Assembly: GCF_000328665.1 (NCBI RefSeq)
Contig: NC_019972.1
Coordinates: 1-64,000 of the forward strand
Source: Methanomethylovorans hollandica DSM 15978
GTDB taxonomy: Archaea > Halobacteriota > Methanosarcinia > Methanosarcinales > Methanosarcinaceae
Length of the DNA: 64,000 nucleotides
Reading direction: 5' to 3'
How positions within the stretch are numbered: the stretch's first letter is position 1; each line of letters starts with the position of its first letter. A program made the translations under genes and the position numbers. Under the pieces are notes generated by a model, which saw nothing but the letters and a program-made list of their open reading frames with translations, made no database searches and was not told where the DNA came from. Positions 19,475 to 29,679 of the stretch are shown piece after piece.

Positions 19475-21481
19475 ATGGATACAAATAATCTTTTAGAAAC
19501 TCGAATAGCAGGTCCTCACGAAATATATGCAAGATGGAATTTTGATAAAGTTACTTTTGATAGACGAGATGGAACCTTAGAATCCGATGCTCTCAGGTAT
19601 ATAAGCTTGAAAGATTTCAAATTATCACAAATCAAACATTCTAAAGACTTTTTTGAGCTACTTCCAGCTGAACCCTTTTTTCCATTGTTAGCAAAGATTA
19701 TAGGTATCAAGAAAGGAATATTTTTTTCATCAGAACAATATGCGAAAATTAGACTTCATTTACTCAATAACAAACTTATTAATTACAAATGGATTGATTT
19801 TCAAAAATATGATGGATCAGTTTATAATTCGACTCCTTATTTCTTAAATGCTCTTGGAAAATATTATTATCAACATACATTTATCCTAAGTGCTGATACA
19901 ACGGCCAAAGGATTTTATCGGTCATGTGTAATTTCAAATAAAGATTGTTCTGTTAGACATATATATCATCTTGAAAAATTTTATAAAAATAATGGTCATG
20001 AGGTAGTAGTTGGCAAATACCCCTTTGATCTTATCATTGATAATAAACATGCTTTCATTTTAACAGAAATGCATGAAAATAGTATTGGAATTGAAATGAG
20101 GTTATCTGAGGCAATTTTTCAAAGTATAAAAAATGGAATCAATCTATACTTACCATCGATGACTTCCGAACATCGAAGAAGGGTTTGTGGGATTATGGCT
20201 GGTCTGTTGTTTGAATATAAGCTTGAAAAATATGCATTTGTGTCTTATTTAGAATCTGAAATATGCTCTGATCTTAAGATAAATAATTGGTCGTATTTCC
20301 TTACTAATTCAAAAGAACATGGTCGTACTCCAATATTCCAGGATCCACTTGAATTCCCAAAAATATCCCTTACATCAGACAAGATAATTGGTACTCAATT
20401 GACAAACATACATGAAAAGATTCAGGAAAAAAATAAGATTAGCTTCTTTTATTCTTTACGTTACATCAATGGAATGAACAATAAAGAAATATGTCCCGGT
20501 GTAAAAGCAACAATCGGCTATGGCCAAATACAAAATCTATGGAAAGATATGGCAAATGGAGCAGATGTATTAATTACCGGAAAAGTTCGTTCAACTCTTC
20601 TTGATAATATACATGTTCCACCAAGAATGATGATAATTGATAGTTTCAATTTAGAAGAGAATCAGATTCAAGGTAAATATGATAGCTTTGAAGACGACGA
20701 AAGGTCTGTAATGACAGCAACACAAGTCTATAGGGTATTTGAAAAGAAAAATGTTGAAATGATAATGCTACCAAGAAACCATGCAAAAGCGATCCTTAAA
20801 GGCTATAAATTTTTGGTACATTCAATGACAACAACTCATTATATGGGTAACAACAGAGAATCATTCATTTTAATTGATTTTTTTGATCATCCTCGAAAAG
20901 AAGAGATTCATCAATCTCTATTAAAAATGTTAATTGCATTTGGTCATGATTCACCAAAAGAATTCATTCCAGAACTTGCAAAGGTCAGGGAGATGTTCCA
21001 GGATAAAATACGGATATTTGCTCACTTCAGTGGTACGGAGACAGTAAATTGGGTCTACTATAAGGAGCTAATAAGGTATTCTAACAGAGAAAAAGTGTGT
21101 ATACTGACTTCTCACGTAGATATGAAAGGCCTTGTAAAAAATGCAGAGCTTATCAGAATACAGGGAACTAGTCGATTTGCTAATCATAATAGCTTGATGT
21201 TAGCTAATTGTCCTGTAATGAAGGAAAGAATGTGGCATCCAAGAATGGTGTACAACAAGAGATTTGTTGGTGCAGGGAGTTGGGACTTTGCACAAATAAC
21301 TGATCAGAAAGAACTTCAGGTCATTTGCATAATGCCGGAATATAGCTCTTTTTACGAAAAAAGCAGCCAGAAATCCCAAGATAATCTCATAGGCTTTAAC
21401 CGTGGGAGCAGTCACACTGTTACCAATCATGGTACAACAAGAGAGAATCGTATTCAGAATCGGGCTCAAAAACGTTTATAA
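19475..21481 (+). CDS. large hypothetical protein; possible wHTH/PD-(D/E)XK N-terminus and degenerate PLD-like C-terminus
   Basis: 668-aa ORF; the motif resemblance is weak and by eye only. Confidence 0.7.
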   Translation: MDTNNLLETRIAGPHEIYARWNFDKVTFDRRDGTLESDALRYISLKDFKLSQIKHSKDFFELLPAEPFFPLLAKIIGIKKGIFFSSEQYAKIRLHLLNNKLINYKWIDFQKYDGSVYNSTPYFLNALGKYYYQHTFILSADTTAKGFYRSCVISNKDCSVRHIYHLEKFYKNNGHEVVVGKYPFDLIIDNKHAFILTEMHENSIGIEMRLSEAIFQSIKNGINLYLPSMTSEHRRRVCGIMAGLLFEYKLEKYAFVSYLESEICSDLKINNWSYFLTNSKEHGRTPIFQDPLEFPKISLTSDKIIGTQLTNIHEKIQEKNKISFFYSLRYINGMNNKEICPGVKATIGYGQIQNLWKDMANGADVLITGKVRSTLLDNIHVPPRMMIIDSFNLEENQIQGKYDSFEDDERSVMTATQVYRVFEKKNVEMIMLPRNHAKAILKGYKFLVHSMTTTHYMGNNRESFILIDFFDHPRKEEIHQSLLKMLIAFGHDSPKEFIPELAKVREMFQDKIRIFAHFSGTETVNWVYYKELIRYSNREKVCILTSHVDMKGLVKNAELIRIQGTSRFANHNSLMLANCPVMKERMWHPRMVYNKRFVGAGSWDFAQITDQKELQVICIMPEYSSFYEKSSQKSQDNLIGFNRGSSHTVTNHGTTRENRIQNRAQKRL

Positions 21482-21528
21482 TGTTTCTTTTCCTATTTAA
21501 TTATAGTTAATCTACACGAAGGGATCTT

Positions 21529-23856
21529 ATGATTGAGATTAAAGATAGCCAACAAGAACCAATAGATATATCCATTCATTCGAAAAAAGTTGTGCAATCG
21601 ACTTTAGATGGAAATACCATTTCACCCATTCCAAAAGTAAGGACTACTGATGGGCATGTTATCGAATGGAATAGAGAGGCAATAATTTCTCAACTAATTA
21701 AGGATACAACACTTGGAGAATCCTTTAGCGGAAAACCTTCTATCACAAAGGAAGAGGCCACTGAAATAGCAATCTCGGTCGAGAACCAGATTCGTAGTAT
21801 GAGGATTAGTTTCCTGTCAGGGGCCCTAATAAGGGAAATGGTTAACAGGGAACTTCTGGAAAGAGGGCATATAGAATGGAGAAATGTATCAACAAGAATA
21901 GGTACTCCTGTGGTTGATGCATGTGAAATCGATTTAGGGACTGGATTTGAAGCCAACGAAAATGCTAACCTGCAGGGAAACGCTGAAACATCTCACAAGA
22001 AGAAAGCAGATAAGATATCCAAGGAACAGTATTTGCTTTTACTGCCGCCCAAAATCTCTGATCTTCATCTGAATGGAGATATCCACATCCATGATCTTGA
22101 ATACCTTGGAACAAGACCATTTTGTCAGGATTGGGATCTGAGATATTTCTTCTACTATGGCTTGATGCCAGATGGAAATGGAACCAAGGCAAGTGTAGCA
22201 GGACCTGCAATGAAAGCAGAAGTTGCTATCCTTCATGCAGTCAAAGCACTTGGAAGTGCTCAGACAAACTTTGCTGGTGGTCAAGGATTCTACAATTTCC
22301 TTACATTCCTTGCACCTTATTTGGAAGGGAAAGAATACAAGGAAATAGAACAGTTAATGCAGATGTTTGTGTACGAAATGACGCAAATGATGGTAGCTCG
22401 CGGAGGACAGCTGGTGTTCTCATCAGTTCAGCTTTCTCCAGGCGTACCAAAGCTCTGGAAGGACAAATCCGTGGTCTATAAGGGGAAAGTATGGGATGGA
22501 ATTCAAAGTCCTCATAGAAGGGAATATGGTGAGTTTGAGAGAGAAGTAAGGTTATCCTTCAAAGCTTTAATGAATGTCATGCTTCAAGGCGATTATTGGG
22601 GGAAACCTTTCAGTTTCCCAAAACCAGAAATATCCATTGAGCCTGATTTCATGCAAGAAGATGAGTTGTTCAATAAATCTCATCCCGAATTGCCAACGTA
22701 TGATGACCTGTATACAATGTCATTTAAACTTGCATCAAAGTTCGGAACGCCTTATTTTGACAATCAGCTTCCTGAATACAGGGGAGCCGGAAATGGAATC
22801 TCCTGCTACCAGTGTTGTGCATACCAGTTCTCAGCTACTCCCGGAAGCGATGCAAAGTTTGACGAAAAATTAGATTTCAATAATGGTATGCATTTTTCAA
22901 TGGGTTCATGGCAGGTAGTTTCACTGAATTGCCCAAGAGCAGCTTACAGGTCAAATGGTGATGATAAAACATTATTTGCAAATCTCCGTGCTCTAATGGA
23001 TGAAAGCATTAAACTGTTCAAGATAAAGCGATCATGGATGACCAAGGTAATGGATGCAAACCGAATGCCATTTGTTACACAAAGACCAAAGGATCCACGT
23101 ACCAATCAAAAGGGAGAGATAGCTGTAGATCTAAATGCTCTGGTTTACACTATAGGTGTTGTAGGGATTAATGAAATGGTGCAATATCATACCGGAAAAC
23201 AAATGCACGAATCAAAGGATTCTTTCAAGCTTGCTATCAGAGCTATGATTGAGATGGGTCAATATGCCAAAAAACTATCTGAGGAACATGGGATGGAAAT
23301 TGCTCTTGCAAGAACACCTGCAGAAACAACATGTCAAAGGTTTGCTGTATCAGATCTGTTACATACAGATTATAGAGAGAAAGCTGAATTGGTCATAAAG
23401 GGTGATGTTCAATTGGCTCTTAAGAATCTTGGTAAAACCAGAGATCTTCCTGTATATTATACAAATGGTACACACGTTCCCCCTGGAGCAGGTGTTTCTT
23501 TGACTGAACGTATACGGATAGAGCAGGCTTTCTTCTCGATTGTTGCTGGAGGAAATATTCTCCATATATGGATGGGAGAAAGTGCTCCAGATCCGAAGGG
23601 CCTGAAGGATTTTGCAATGAACATTGCCAAGAACACACAGGTTGGTTATTTTGCTTTCACGAAAGACATGACAATATGCCAGAACGATTTCCATGTTATG
23701 AGTGGTCTTCACGATACATGTGAAAATTGTGGGTCAAATAATGTTGAGCAGCTTTCCAGAGTAACAGGCTATATCCAGGCTGTTGGTGGTTGGAATGCTG
23801 CAAAGAAACAGGAACTAATTGATAGACAAAGGTATTCGATTTCCAATATGGTATAA
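21529..23856 (+). CDS. nrdD: anaerobic (class III) ribonucleoside-triphosphate reductase
   Basis: ATP cone, IHIHDL, YQCCAY, TPAET, YYTNGTH, CxxD..CENC and glycyl-radical loop SRVTGY. Confidence 0.95.
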   Translation: MIEIKDSQQEPIDISIHSKKVVQSTLDGNTISPIPKVRTTDGHVIEWNREAIISQLIKDTTLGESFSGKPSITKEEATEIAISVENQIRSMRISFLSGALIREMVNRELLERGHIEWRNVSTRIGTPVVDACEIDLGTGFEANENANLQGNAETSHKKKADKISKEQYLLLLPPKISDLHLNGDIHIHDLEYLGTRPFCQDWDLRYFFYYGLMPDGNGTKASVAGPAMKAEVAILHAVKALGSAQTNFAGGQGFYNFLTFLAPYLEGKEYKEIEQLMQMFVYEMTQMMVARGGQLVFSSVQLSPGVPKLWKDKSVVYKGKVWDGIQSPHRREYGEFEREVRLSFKALMNVMLQGDYWGKPFSFPKPEISIEPDFMQEDELFNKSHPELPTYDDLYTMSFKLASKFGTPYFDNQLPEYRGAGNGISCYQCCAYQFSATPGSDAKFDEKLDFNNGMHFSMGSWQVVSLNCPRAAYRSNGDDKTLFANLRALMDESIKLFKIKRSWMTKVMDANRMPFVTQRPKDPRTNQKGEIAVDLNALVYTIGVVGINEMVQYHTGKQMHESKDSFKLAIRAMIEMGQYAKKLSEEHGMEIALARTPAETTCQRFAVSDLLHTDYREKAELVIKGDVQLALKNLGKTRDLPVYYTNGTHVPPGAGVSLTERIRIEQAFFSIVAGGNILHIWMGESAPDPKGLKDFAMNIAKNTQVGYFAFTKDMTICQNDFHVMSGLHDTCENCGSNNVEQLSRVTGYIQAVGGWNAAKKQELIDRQRYSISNMV

Positions 23857-23877
23857 AAAAATAAAAATTGTTTTTCT

Positions 23878-25944
23878 TTAGACAAGTGTTAGAGTGTCAT
23901 GAGAAGGAGACAGGATATCTCCGGATCGTTTCATCTTTTCTATCAGTTCTTCAGTCGTTCTTTCATCAAAACCTTTCAGTTTCATTTCTTCGATGATTTT
24001 TACTTTTTGTACTTTGTATCTTCCGAGATAGTCAATTACGTTTTTAAGAAGCTGGATCTTATCTTTCTGGCTTTTGCTGGTCCCGGTAGCTACAATATCT
24101 ACATCATATTTCCCAGTTAACGGGTCTTTATAAACCTGATCCATACTAGCAAGTGTTAGACGGATGGTTCGCTTTGCATCATCTTCTTCAGCGAATTGTC
24201 TTAATCGTATCCTTGCACTAGCTTCAGTTAACCTGATCAATCCTTCAAGTTGTCTTGCAGTAACAGGGACAGGATTATCCTGAGAATTTGATGTGCTTCT
24301 CCTCATATCAAGATAAAAGTTTTGTAGTATTCTTATAACATCATCTGGGATTCTTGGAATAACACATTTTCTACAATAAGCTACATATTTCTTGATTAGC
24401 TCAGGACTTATCTCTGGACTTGCGGTTCTTCTGATTTCATCAATTTCACCACTAAAAGGCATTTTTGACTCTATGATCTTACGATCTATGCCTGCCTGGT
24501 GAGACTGCAGGATATGCATGGATATCTCGGAATCTTTCTTTTCATTTGGGATATCGAGCATAAGGAATATCAGATCGAACCTTGACATGAGAGCAGGTGG
24601 TAGAGTTAGTTGGCTCATGATGGCCTCAAATTTATCAAATCGACCATATTTTGGATTAGCAGCTCCTAGAATAGCACACCTGCTTCTTAGAGTTGTATTG
24701 ATGCCAGCTTTTGTAATTGTCACTGTCTGCTGTTCCATGGCTTCGTGGAATGCAGATTGGTCTTCTTTTGACATCTTATCCATTTCATCAATAGCAGCTA
24801 TTCCACCATCAGCAAGTACTAATGCTCCTGCCTGTAAGGTCCATCTTCCGGATTCATCCTTTGTTGCAGTTGCTGTCAGGCCTGCAATTGAACTACCTTT
24901 TCCAGAGGCAAGTATTCCTCTGGGAGCGAACTCAATCATTTTTCTAAGGAGCTGGCTCTTTGCAACTCCAGGATCTCCTATAAGCATTATATGAGATTCA
25001 CCACGAATACGAGTGTTATCATTCAGTATCTTTGATGTTCCTCCGAACAATTGAAGCACCAGAGCTTCTTTTATCTCATCATGTCCTTTGATAGCGGGTG
25101 CAATGCTTTGTATGAGTTTTGTGAATATTTTCGGATCTTTAGAGCATTCCGTGATCAACTGAATATCTTCTTCAGTGATCTCGATTTCCTCGTAATCATC
25201 TACAAGTTTCTCGAATGAATTAGCATTAAGAACGAATTCAAAATACGTTGATTTACCATCCCTTCCAATGATTGGAAGTATGCTAATAATACCGTTAAAA
25301 ATAACCCGATCTCCAGCATTGAGTTTTCCAACGAGATTACCTTCAACATTAATTTTCAGGTTGTCTGGGTTGGTTTTTCCTTTCAATGATTCTGGAGGAT
25401 CCTGTATCAATACATCTTGGGTGTTAACGAATTCGTATTTTTCAACTAAATCTTTGAATGGTCCTTTTTTTCCACATGTTTCATTATCACAAAATTGAGG
25501 CACTATTAGTTTTGTCCCTGTTTGGAATATTTCCATTTCACATTCACATCTCATGCATTGGTGTACAGTCATTGTTGTCTTTGGTTTTACACTAGTGATT
25601 TGACTGATGATGCCCTCAACAGCTATGAATTTGTTAATATGCTCACTTCTAATATCAGATATAGGTATTCTTCCTGGGAAATTATGGATTCTGATAGTAG
25701 CAGATTTAAGGTCTACATCAACCGGCAGGTCTATAGTTCTCAGAGCTTCATTAAAATCCTCTAAAAATGTAGCAGGTGACTCTTTAAAAATAGGGACAAG
25801 ATTTCCACTATTGTAAGTTTCTATATTGCTATAATCAACGATCAAGTTATCTTTATCAGGGTAGTTGTTAGCTAATTCTAGAATGTCATCCCAATAATAT
25901 AGTTTCAGGAATGCAACTAGTTCATTTGTGGTATCGTTATTCAA
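23878..25944 (-). CDS. mcm: MCM replicative helicase
   Basis: GDPGVAKSQLL, AGLTA, AGALVLADGG, IDEMDKM, EAMEQQ, AANP, SRFDL and TARQLEGLIRL motifs. Confidence 0.97.
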   Translation of the reverse strand: MNNDTTNELVAFLKLYYWDDILELANNYPDKDNLIVDYSNIETYNSGNLVPIFKESPATFLEDFNEALRTIDLPVDVDLKSATIRIHNFPGRIPISDIRSEHINKFIAVEGIISQITSVKPKTTMTVHQCMRCECEMEIFQTGTKLIVPQFCDNETCGKKGPFKDLVEKYEFVNTQDVLIQDPPESLKGKTNPDNLKINVEGNLVGKLNAGDRVIFNGIISILPIIGRDGKSTYFEFVLNANSFEKLVDDYEEIEITEEDIQLITECSKDPKIFTKLIQSIAPAIKGHDEIKEALVLQLFGGTSKILNDNTRIRGESHIMLIGDPGVAKSQLLRKMIEFAPRGILASGKGSSIAGLTATATKDESGRWTLQAGALVLADGGIAAIDEMDKMSKEDQSAFHEAMEQQTVTITKAGINTTLRSRCAILGAANPKYGRFDKFEAIMSQLTLPPALMSRFDLIFLMLDIPNEKKDSEISMHILQSHQAGIDRKIIESKMPFSGEIDEIRRTASPEISPELIKKYVAYCRKCVIPRIPDDVIRILQNFYLDMRRSTSNSQDNPVPVTARQLEGLIRLTEASARIRLRQFAEEDDAKRTIRLTLASMDQVYKDPLTGKYDVDIVATGTSKSQKDKIQLLKNVIDYLGRYKVQKVKIIEEMKLKGFDERTTEELIEKMKRSGDILSPSHDTLTLV

Positions 25945-27088
25945 TTTTACTCACCTCGTTGAGCATTTCTCTTAGAGATTCAGATGAAACATTTAGAGTA
26001 ATTGTAGATATTCTGCCGGGAATTTCTTCATAGATGACGTTTCTATTGAGAATTCCTAGATCTTCAAATCCACCAATTATTTGAGAGATTCGTGGTCTCG
26101 ATAAAGGTTTTATATTTTCTTTCTTACATAAAGACACATACTCATTATAGATGTCAGAAGCATGTACTTCTTTTTTTTCACTTGTTAATGCAGCTATAAT
26201 TTGGATTACTATTCTCTGGGATGGTGTAAGTGTACGGATTATTTCTATGACTGGGTTGTGTTTTCTTATTTTTAACATATTAACTAGATGTTCTTCGGTA
26301 ACAGAGTTTGCATTTTTTGATTCAGCAATAATCGTTGTGTCCAAAAGTAAGGAAAGTATATCAGATATACTATTAGGTACTGCTGTTATACATTGTTTGA
26401 TGATTTCATCCGAAATGGCTCCTTCCTTAAATGCACTCTTTCTATCGAAAACAATTTTCTCAATTTCCTCTTTTGAATATGGGGAGAATAATATTGTAAT
26501 ATAATTGTCATCAACTTGCCATTTTTCAATATCACTATCAATAATCAGAATAAAAGAAATGAATATGTTTTTATTTGTATTCCTTGTTTGTAAGGATGCC
26601 TGTGCATCAAAAAGAAGCTTTAGAAAATCCTTAGATTTTTTTCCTGGAACATTGTGATCAACAATTAATAAGGACATTTCTTTTGTTTTAAGAATATCAA
26701 TCAATTTTGAAACAACTTGTTGTTCATTGAGTCCTGCTTCATATACGTTATCATCCTCTGTGATTCTGTAAATCACATTCTGAATTGCTCTTTCAGGACT
26801 AAATGAGATGGAATAAGATATTTCAATAATTTCAAGGTTGAGTGTTTCTTGATGTATTTTTTCTCTTAAATCATTGAGAATCTTGTTTACTACAATTGTT
26901 TTTCCAGTTTCAGATTTACCGAGAAGAACCATATCTTTTGGTTGATATCCTCTTAGAATTGGAGAGATGGTTGTAACTAATTTATTTAATTGCTCATCTC
27001 GAAACAATATTTGGTCGGGCATGTAACCTGTCTGCAGTAGTTCTGGCCTTATTATCAAACTGTCTCTGTCAAACACGTTCATACTCAT
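25937..27088 (-). CDS. cdc6: divergent second Orc1/Cdc6-like protein
   Basis: Y.PD.ILFRDEQL, GKSETGKT, FSPYSKEEI and C-terminal wHTH; Walker B degenerate (IVDHN). Confidence 0.8.
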   Translation of the reverse strand: MSMNVFDRDSLIIRPELLQTGYMPDQILFRDEQLNKLVTTISPILRGYQPKDMVLLGKSETGKTIVVNKILNDLREKIHQETLNLEIIEISYSISFSPERAIQNVIYRITEDDNVYEAGLNEQQVVSKLIDILKTKEMSLLIVDHNVPGKKSKDFLKLLFDAQASLQTRNTNKNIFISFILIIDSDIEKWQVDDNYITILFSPYSKEEIEKIVFDRKSAFKEGAISDEIIKQCITAVPNSISDILSLLLDTTIIAESKNANSVTEEHLVNMLKIRKHNPVIEIIRTLTPSQRIVIQIIAALTSEKKEVHASDIYNEYVSLCKKENIKPLSRPRISQIIGGFEDLGILNRNVIYEEIPGRISTITLNVSSESLREMLNEVSKIE

Positions 27089-27352
27089 AAATGACGTATT
27101 AACGAGTTCATATATATAACTGATGGTAGTTTTTAGTTTAAATAATTAGTTTTCATATATCTAGTTAATCATTGTTAACGAAATAATGAACAATAATTCC
27201 AAGACTAACAAAAAAAGTCTATAGGAAAATAGAATAACAAACCAGAGTTTTTTCGAATAAATTATCCTAAAAAAAGAGACATAAAAATTGTATACGTTTT
27301 TAAATCCTAAGTTACAAAAAATAGATCTATAAAATAGTAGTTTTCTTTAACA

Positions 27353-27550
27353 TTATGTTAATGGAAGTTCTTCATATAGTGCTTCAACAAAGGCTCTTGA
27401 AGGGTTAACCAATATATGCTCTTTTACATACATAAGGGAATAGAGAGAAGCAACTAGCATCATTAACGCTAATGTCATATTTGCAAATGTCATATATGCA
27501 TCAAGTAGTGTTCCAGTTGCAACGTTGAGTTCCATTTTATCTGAAAACAA
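27353..27550 (-). CDS. small membrane/pilin-like protein (MFSDKM...)
   Basis: TTG start after GGTGAT; one hydrophobic helix; MFxxK leader. Confidence 0.55.
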   Translation of the reverse strand: MFSDKMELNVATGTLLDAYMTFANMTLALMMLVASLYSLMYVKEHILVNPSRAFVEALYEELPLT

Positions 27551-27555
27551 ACTTA

Positions 27556-27861
27556 TCACCAAGCATGAGGAGTATAATATTCTTCAATTTCTCGCATATC
27601 TTCCCAATATGCAGGTTCTGGTACATCTTCAGGTTCAACTAAATATTTGTTTACATTATAGTCAGCAATTAGCTGGTTTGTTGCTTCATCAGCTTGATTT
27701 GCAGTGGTGGTAGCTGTTTCACTTAAGCCAGTATGAACAGTTGTGCTGGTGGTACCTATCAAGGAAAGGATCGTTCCTGCAATAAGAACGAATATCACGA
27801 TACTGACAAATGTTATCTGTAATCGTGGGCTTTTCATGAGAACATCAAATGGGCTTGTCAT
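27556..27861 (-). CDS. small pilin-like membrane protein
   Basis: N-terminal hydrophobic helix and acidic tail; within the array. Confidence 0.6.
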   Translation of the reverse strand: MTSPFDVLMKSPRLQITFVSIVIFVLIAGTILSLIGTTSTTVHTGLSETATTTANQADEATNQLIADYNVNKYLVEPEDVPEPAYWEDMREIEEYYTPHAW

Positions 27862-27869
27862 CTTCCACC

Positions 27870-28103
27870 TTAATATTCAAATGCTTTTTCTTCAGTAATT
27901 ACTCCGATGATACTGTTGACCATCGTGTTTGAATTGTCAACAAGAGCTCCTTGTACAGCGGTATAAGCATTGATAGACACTTGTATCAGTGCTAATGCTA
28001 CAGCTATTCCAATAATGGTTGGAGCAAGCGATATTAGATCAACATATATATTGAGTAAATAATTAGAGGATAGTTGCATTTTGCTCTGGAACATTATCCT
28101 CAC
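27870..28103 (-). CDS. small pilin-like protein (MFQSKM...)
   Basis: MFxxK leader from the internal ATG at 28094; single TM helix. Confidence 0.6.
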   Translation of the reverse strand: MRIMFQSKMQLSSNYLLNIYVDLISLAPTIIGIAVALALIQVSINAYTAVQGALVDNSNTMVNSIIGVITEEKAFEY

Positions 28104-28288
28104 GTACCAATGATATCTGCAGCATAATCAATGAATCCTTGTGCAACTGTAGTAGGAACAGTCAGGTATAATTCCGTAAGGACTACTAATGCACCCATGA
28201 AACCAAGTATGATGGGTAATACTCCGATTACTTGTTTATACAATCCAATTACAGGATTGTGCATCAGAGTCATCTTAGGTCCGAACAT
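28100..28288 (-). CDS. small pilin-like protein (MFGPKM...)
   Basis: MFxxK leader, single TM helix, coupled start/stop. Confidence 0.6.
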   Translation of the reverse strand: MFGPKMTLMHNPVIGLYKQVIGVLPIILGFMGALVVLTELYLTVPTTVAQGFIDYAADIIGT

Positions 28289-28491
28289 TAAAATACCCCT
28301 GAAGTTTCTACAATATCGAGCACTCTTGTTGTAGATGCGGTGATCATATCATTATATCCACCAGTCTGTTGAGTAATAAGTGGATCTGCACCAGAATTCA
28401 TTATTAAATATACGATTACACAAGCAATTGCAACTACAGCAATATATAATGCAAATCTAATTCCAGCAGGAATGATTTCATCAATGATCAT
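28288..28491 (-). CDS. small pilin-like membrane protein
   Basis: Single TM helix; translationally coupled. Confidence 0.55.
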   Translation of the reverse strand: MIIDEIIPAGIRFALYIAVVAIACVIVYLIMNSGADPLITQQTGGYNDMITASTTRVLDIVETSGVF

Positions 28492-28721
28492 GGACCAAAT
28501 TCCTCAATAAGTTCATTTGTTGTTTCTGTGGACGTTCCGATAATGTCTGTTACTCCATCATTAGTTTCATCCAGGATATCTACTCCCCCGTAGTATGCCT
28601 GCTCATATAACAACAATAAGATACTTACTCCAGCAAACGCTCCAACCAAATAGGGAGCATATTTTCTGATGATCTCCAGTGGGCTTCCTTCAAATGCCAA
28701 GAATACTTTTGATGTAAACAT
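28488..28721 (-). CDS. Flp/type IV pilin-like protein (MFTSKVFLAFE...)
   Basis: Paralog with FEGSPLE..RKYAP; acidic C-terminus. Confidence 0.65.
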   Translation of the reverse strand: MFTSKVFLAFEGSPLEIIRKYAPYLVGAFAGVSILLLLYEQAYYGGVDILDETNDGVTDIIGTSTETTNELIEEFGP

Positions 28722-28730
28722 ATACTCTCC

Positions 28731-28964
28731 TCATGGCACTATTCTTTCAAAGATTCCGTCTGCAATATCCCCAGTATCGTCAACTGTATCGGCAGCTGCA
28801 TCACCAGCACCCTCAAACATATCATCACTGGCATTAAATCCAATATAATATATTGCAGCAATTACACCAACGGCAGTCATTGCTCCAATTATTTGTGGAG
28901 CATACCTACGAAGCACTTCCAGAGGGCTGCCTTCAAAAGATAGATTTATTTTTTCTCCAAACAT
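28731..28964 (-). CDS. Flp/type IV pilin-like protein (MFGEKINLSFE...)
   Basis: Paralog with FEGSPLE..RRYAP. Confidence 0.65.
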   Translation of the reverse strand: MFGEKINLSFEGSPLEVLRRYAPQIIGAMTAVGVIAAIYYIGFNASDDMFEGAGDAAADTVDDTGDIADGIFERIVP

Positions 28965-29020
28965 TTTGTATTCCTCTAGTGGTGATATTTTGATAAAAAT
29001 TATTTTGATAAAAATTTAAG

Positions 29021-29266
29021 TTATGGAACAACTTCTAGATAGACTTCTCCCACTGCTTCTCTTGCTATTCGCGTATTAGCATCAACAGAATCAGCAGCAG
29101 CATCTCCTAATTCATCAAGTGTTTCATGAGATCCTCTAAAAGAAAGATAGTACAAACTAACTACAGTTCCAACCGCTGCCATAACGATTAAGAAGTAAGG
29201 GGCATATTTTCTCATTACGTCAATGGTATTTGATTCAAATGTTAGTTGGCATTTTTTCGTGAACAT
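29021..29266 (-). CDS. Flp/type IV pilin-like protein (MFTKKCQLTFE...)
   Basis: KKC|QLTFE resembles the class III leader KG|QxSxE; paralog. Confidence 0.65.
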   Translation of the reverse strand: MFTKKCQLTFESNTIDVMRKYAPYFLIVMAAVGTVVSLYYLSFRGSHETLDELGDAAADSVDANTRIAREAVGEVYLEVVP

Positions 29267-29297
29267 AAAAATGGAGAAGATTTATTCAACATCTGTA

Positions 29298-29450
29298 CTA
29301 AATTAATCCAGCGAACTGGATATATCGGGAAAGATCGTATGAGTATGGAAGTATTCTCGAAGCCAGAGTCAGGATTTGGAGTAGTACTGCAAACGAGGCA
29401 ATAATTACTATCACGTAATTGAATACGATTCTCCAGCTTGTTTGAAACAT
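29298..29450 (-). CDS. 50-aa membrane protein (MFQTSWRIVF...)
   Basis: Translated by hand; fills the gap in the pilin-like array. Confidence 0.5.
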   Translation of the reverse strand: MFQTSWRIVFNYVIVIIASFAVLLQILTLASRILPYSYDLSRYIQFAGLI

Positions 29451-29460
29451 TTCCATTTGA

Positions 29461-29661
29461 TCACTCTACGATCTGTTCTGTCAGTGCATCGATAATGGTT
29501 ACAGTAGATTCACCAGTTGCTTCTACCATTGTGTATACTTCATTCAGTATACGTTCAAGCATTGCTGCTCCTGCTGCAAGCAATATGAATGCGTATCCAA
29601 CTCCTATCAGATCAGTGTATAGCTGGATAGGGCTGAATAACTGACATTTTTTCCCGAACAT
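29461..29661 (-). CDS. small pilin-like protein (MFGKKCQL...)
   Basis: MFxxK leader; single TM helix. Confidence 0.6.
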   Translation of the reverse strand: MFGKKCQLFSPIQLYTDLIGVGYAFILLAAGAAMLERILNEVYTMVEATGESTVTIIDALTEQIVE

Positions 29662-29679
29662 ATTGTTACCCAGGTACGA

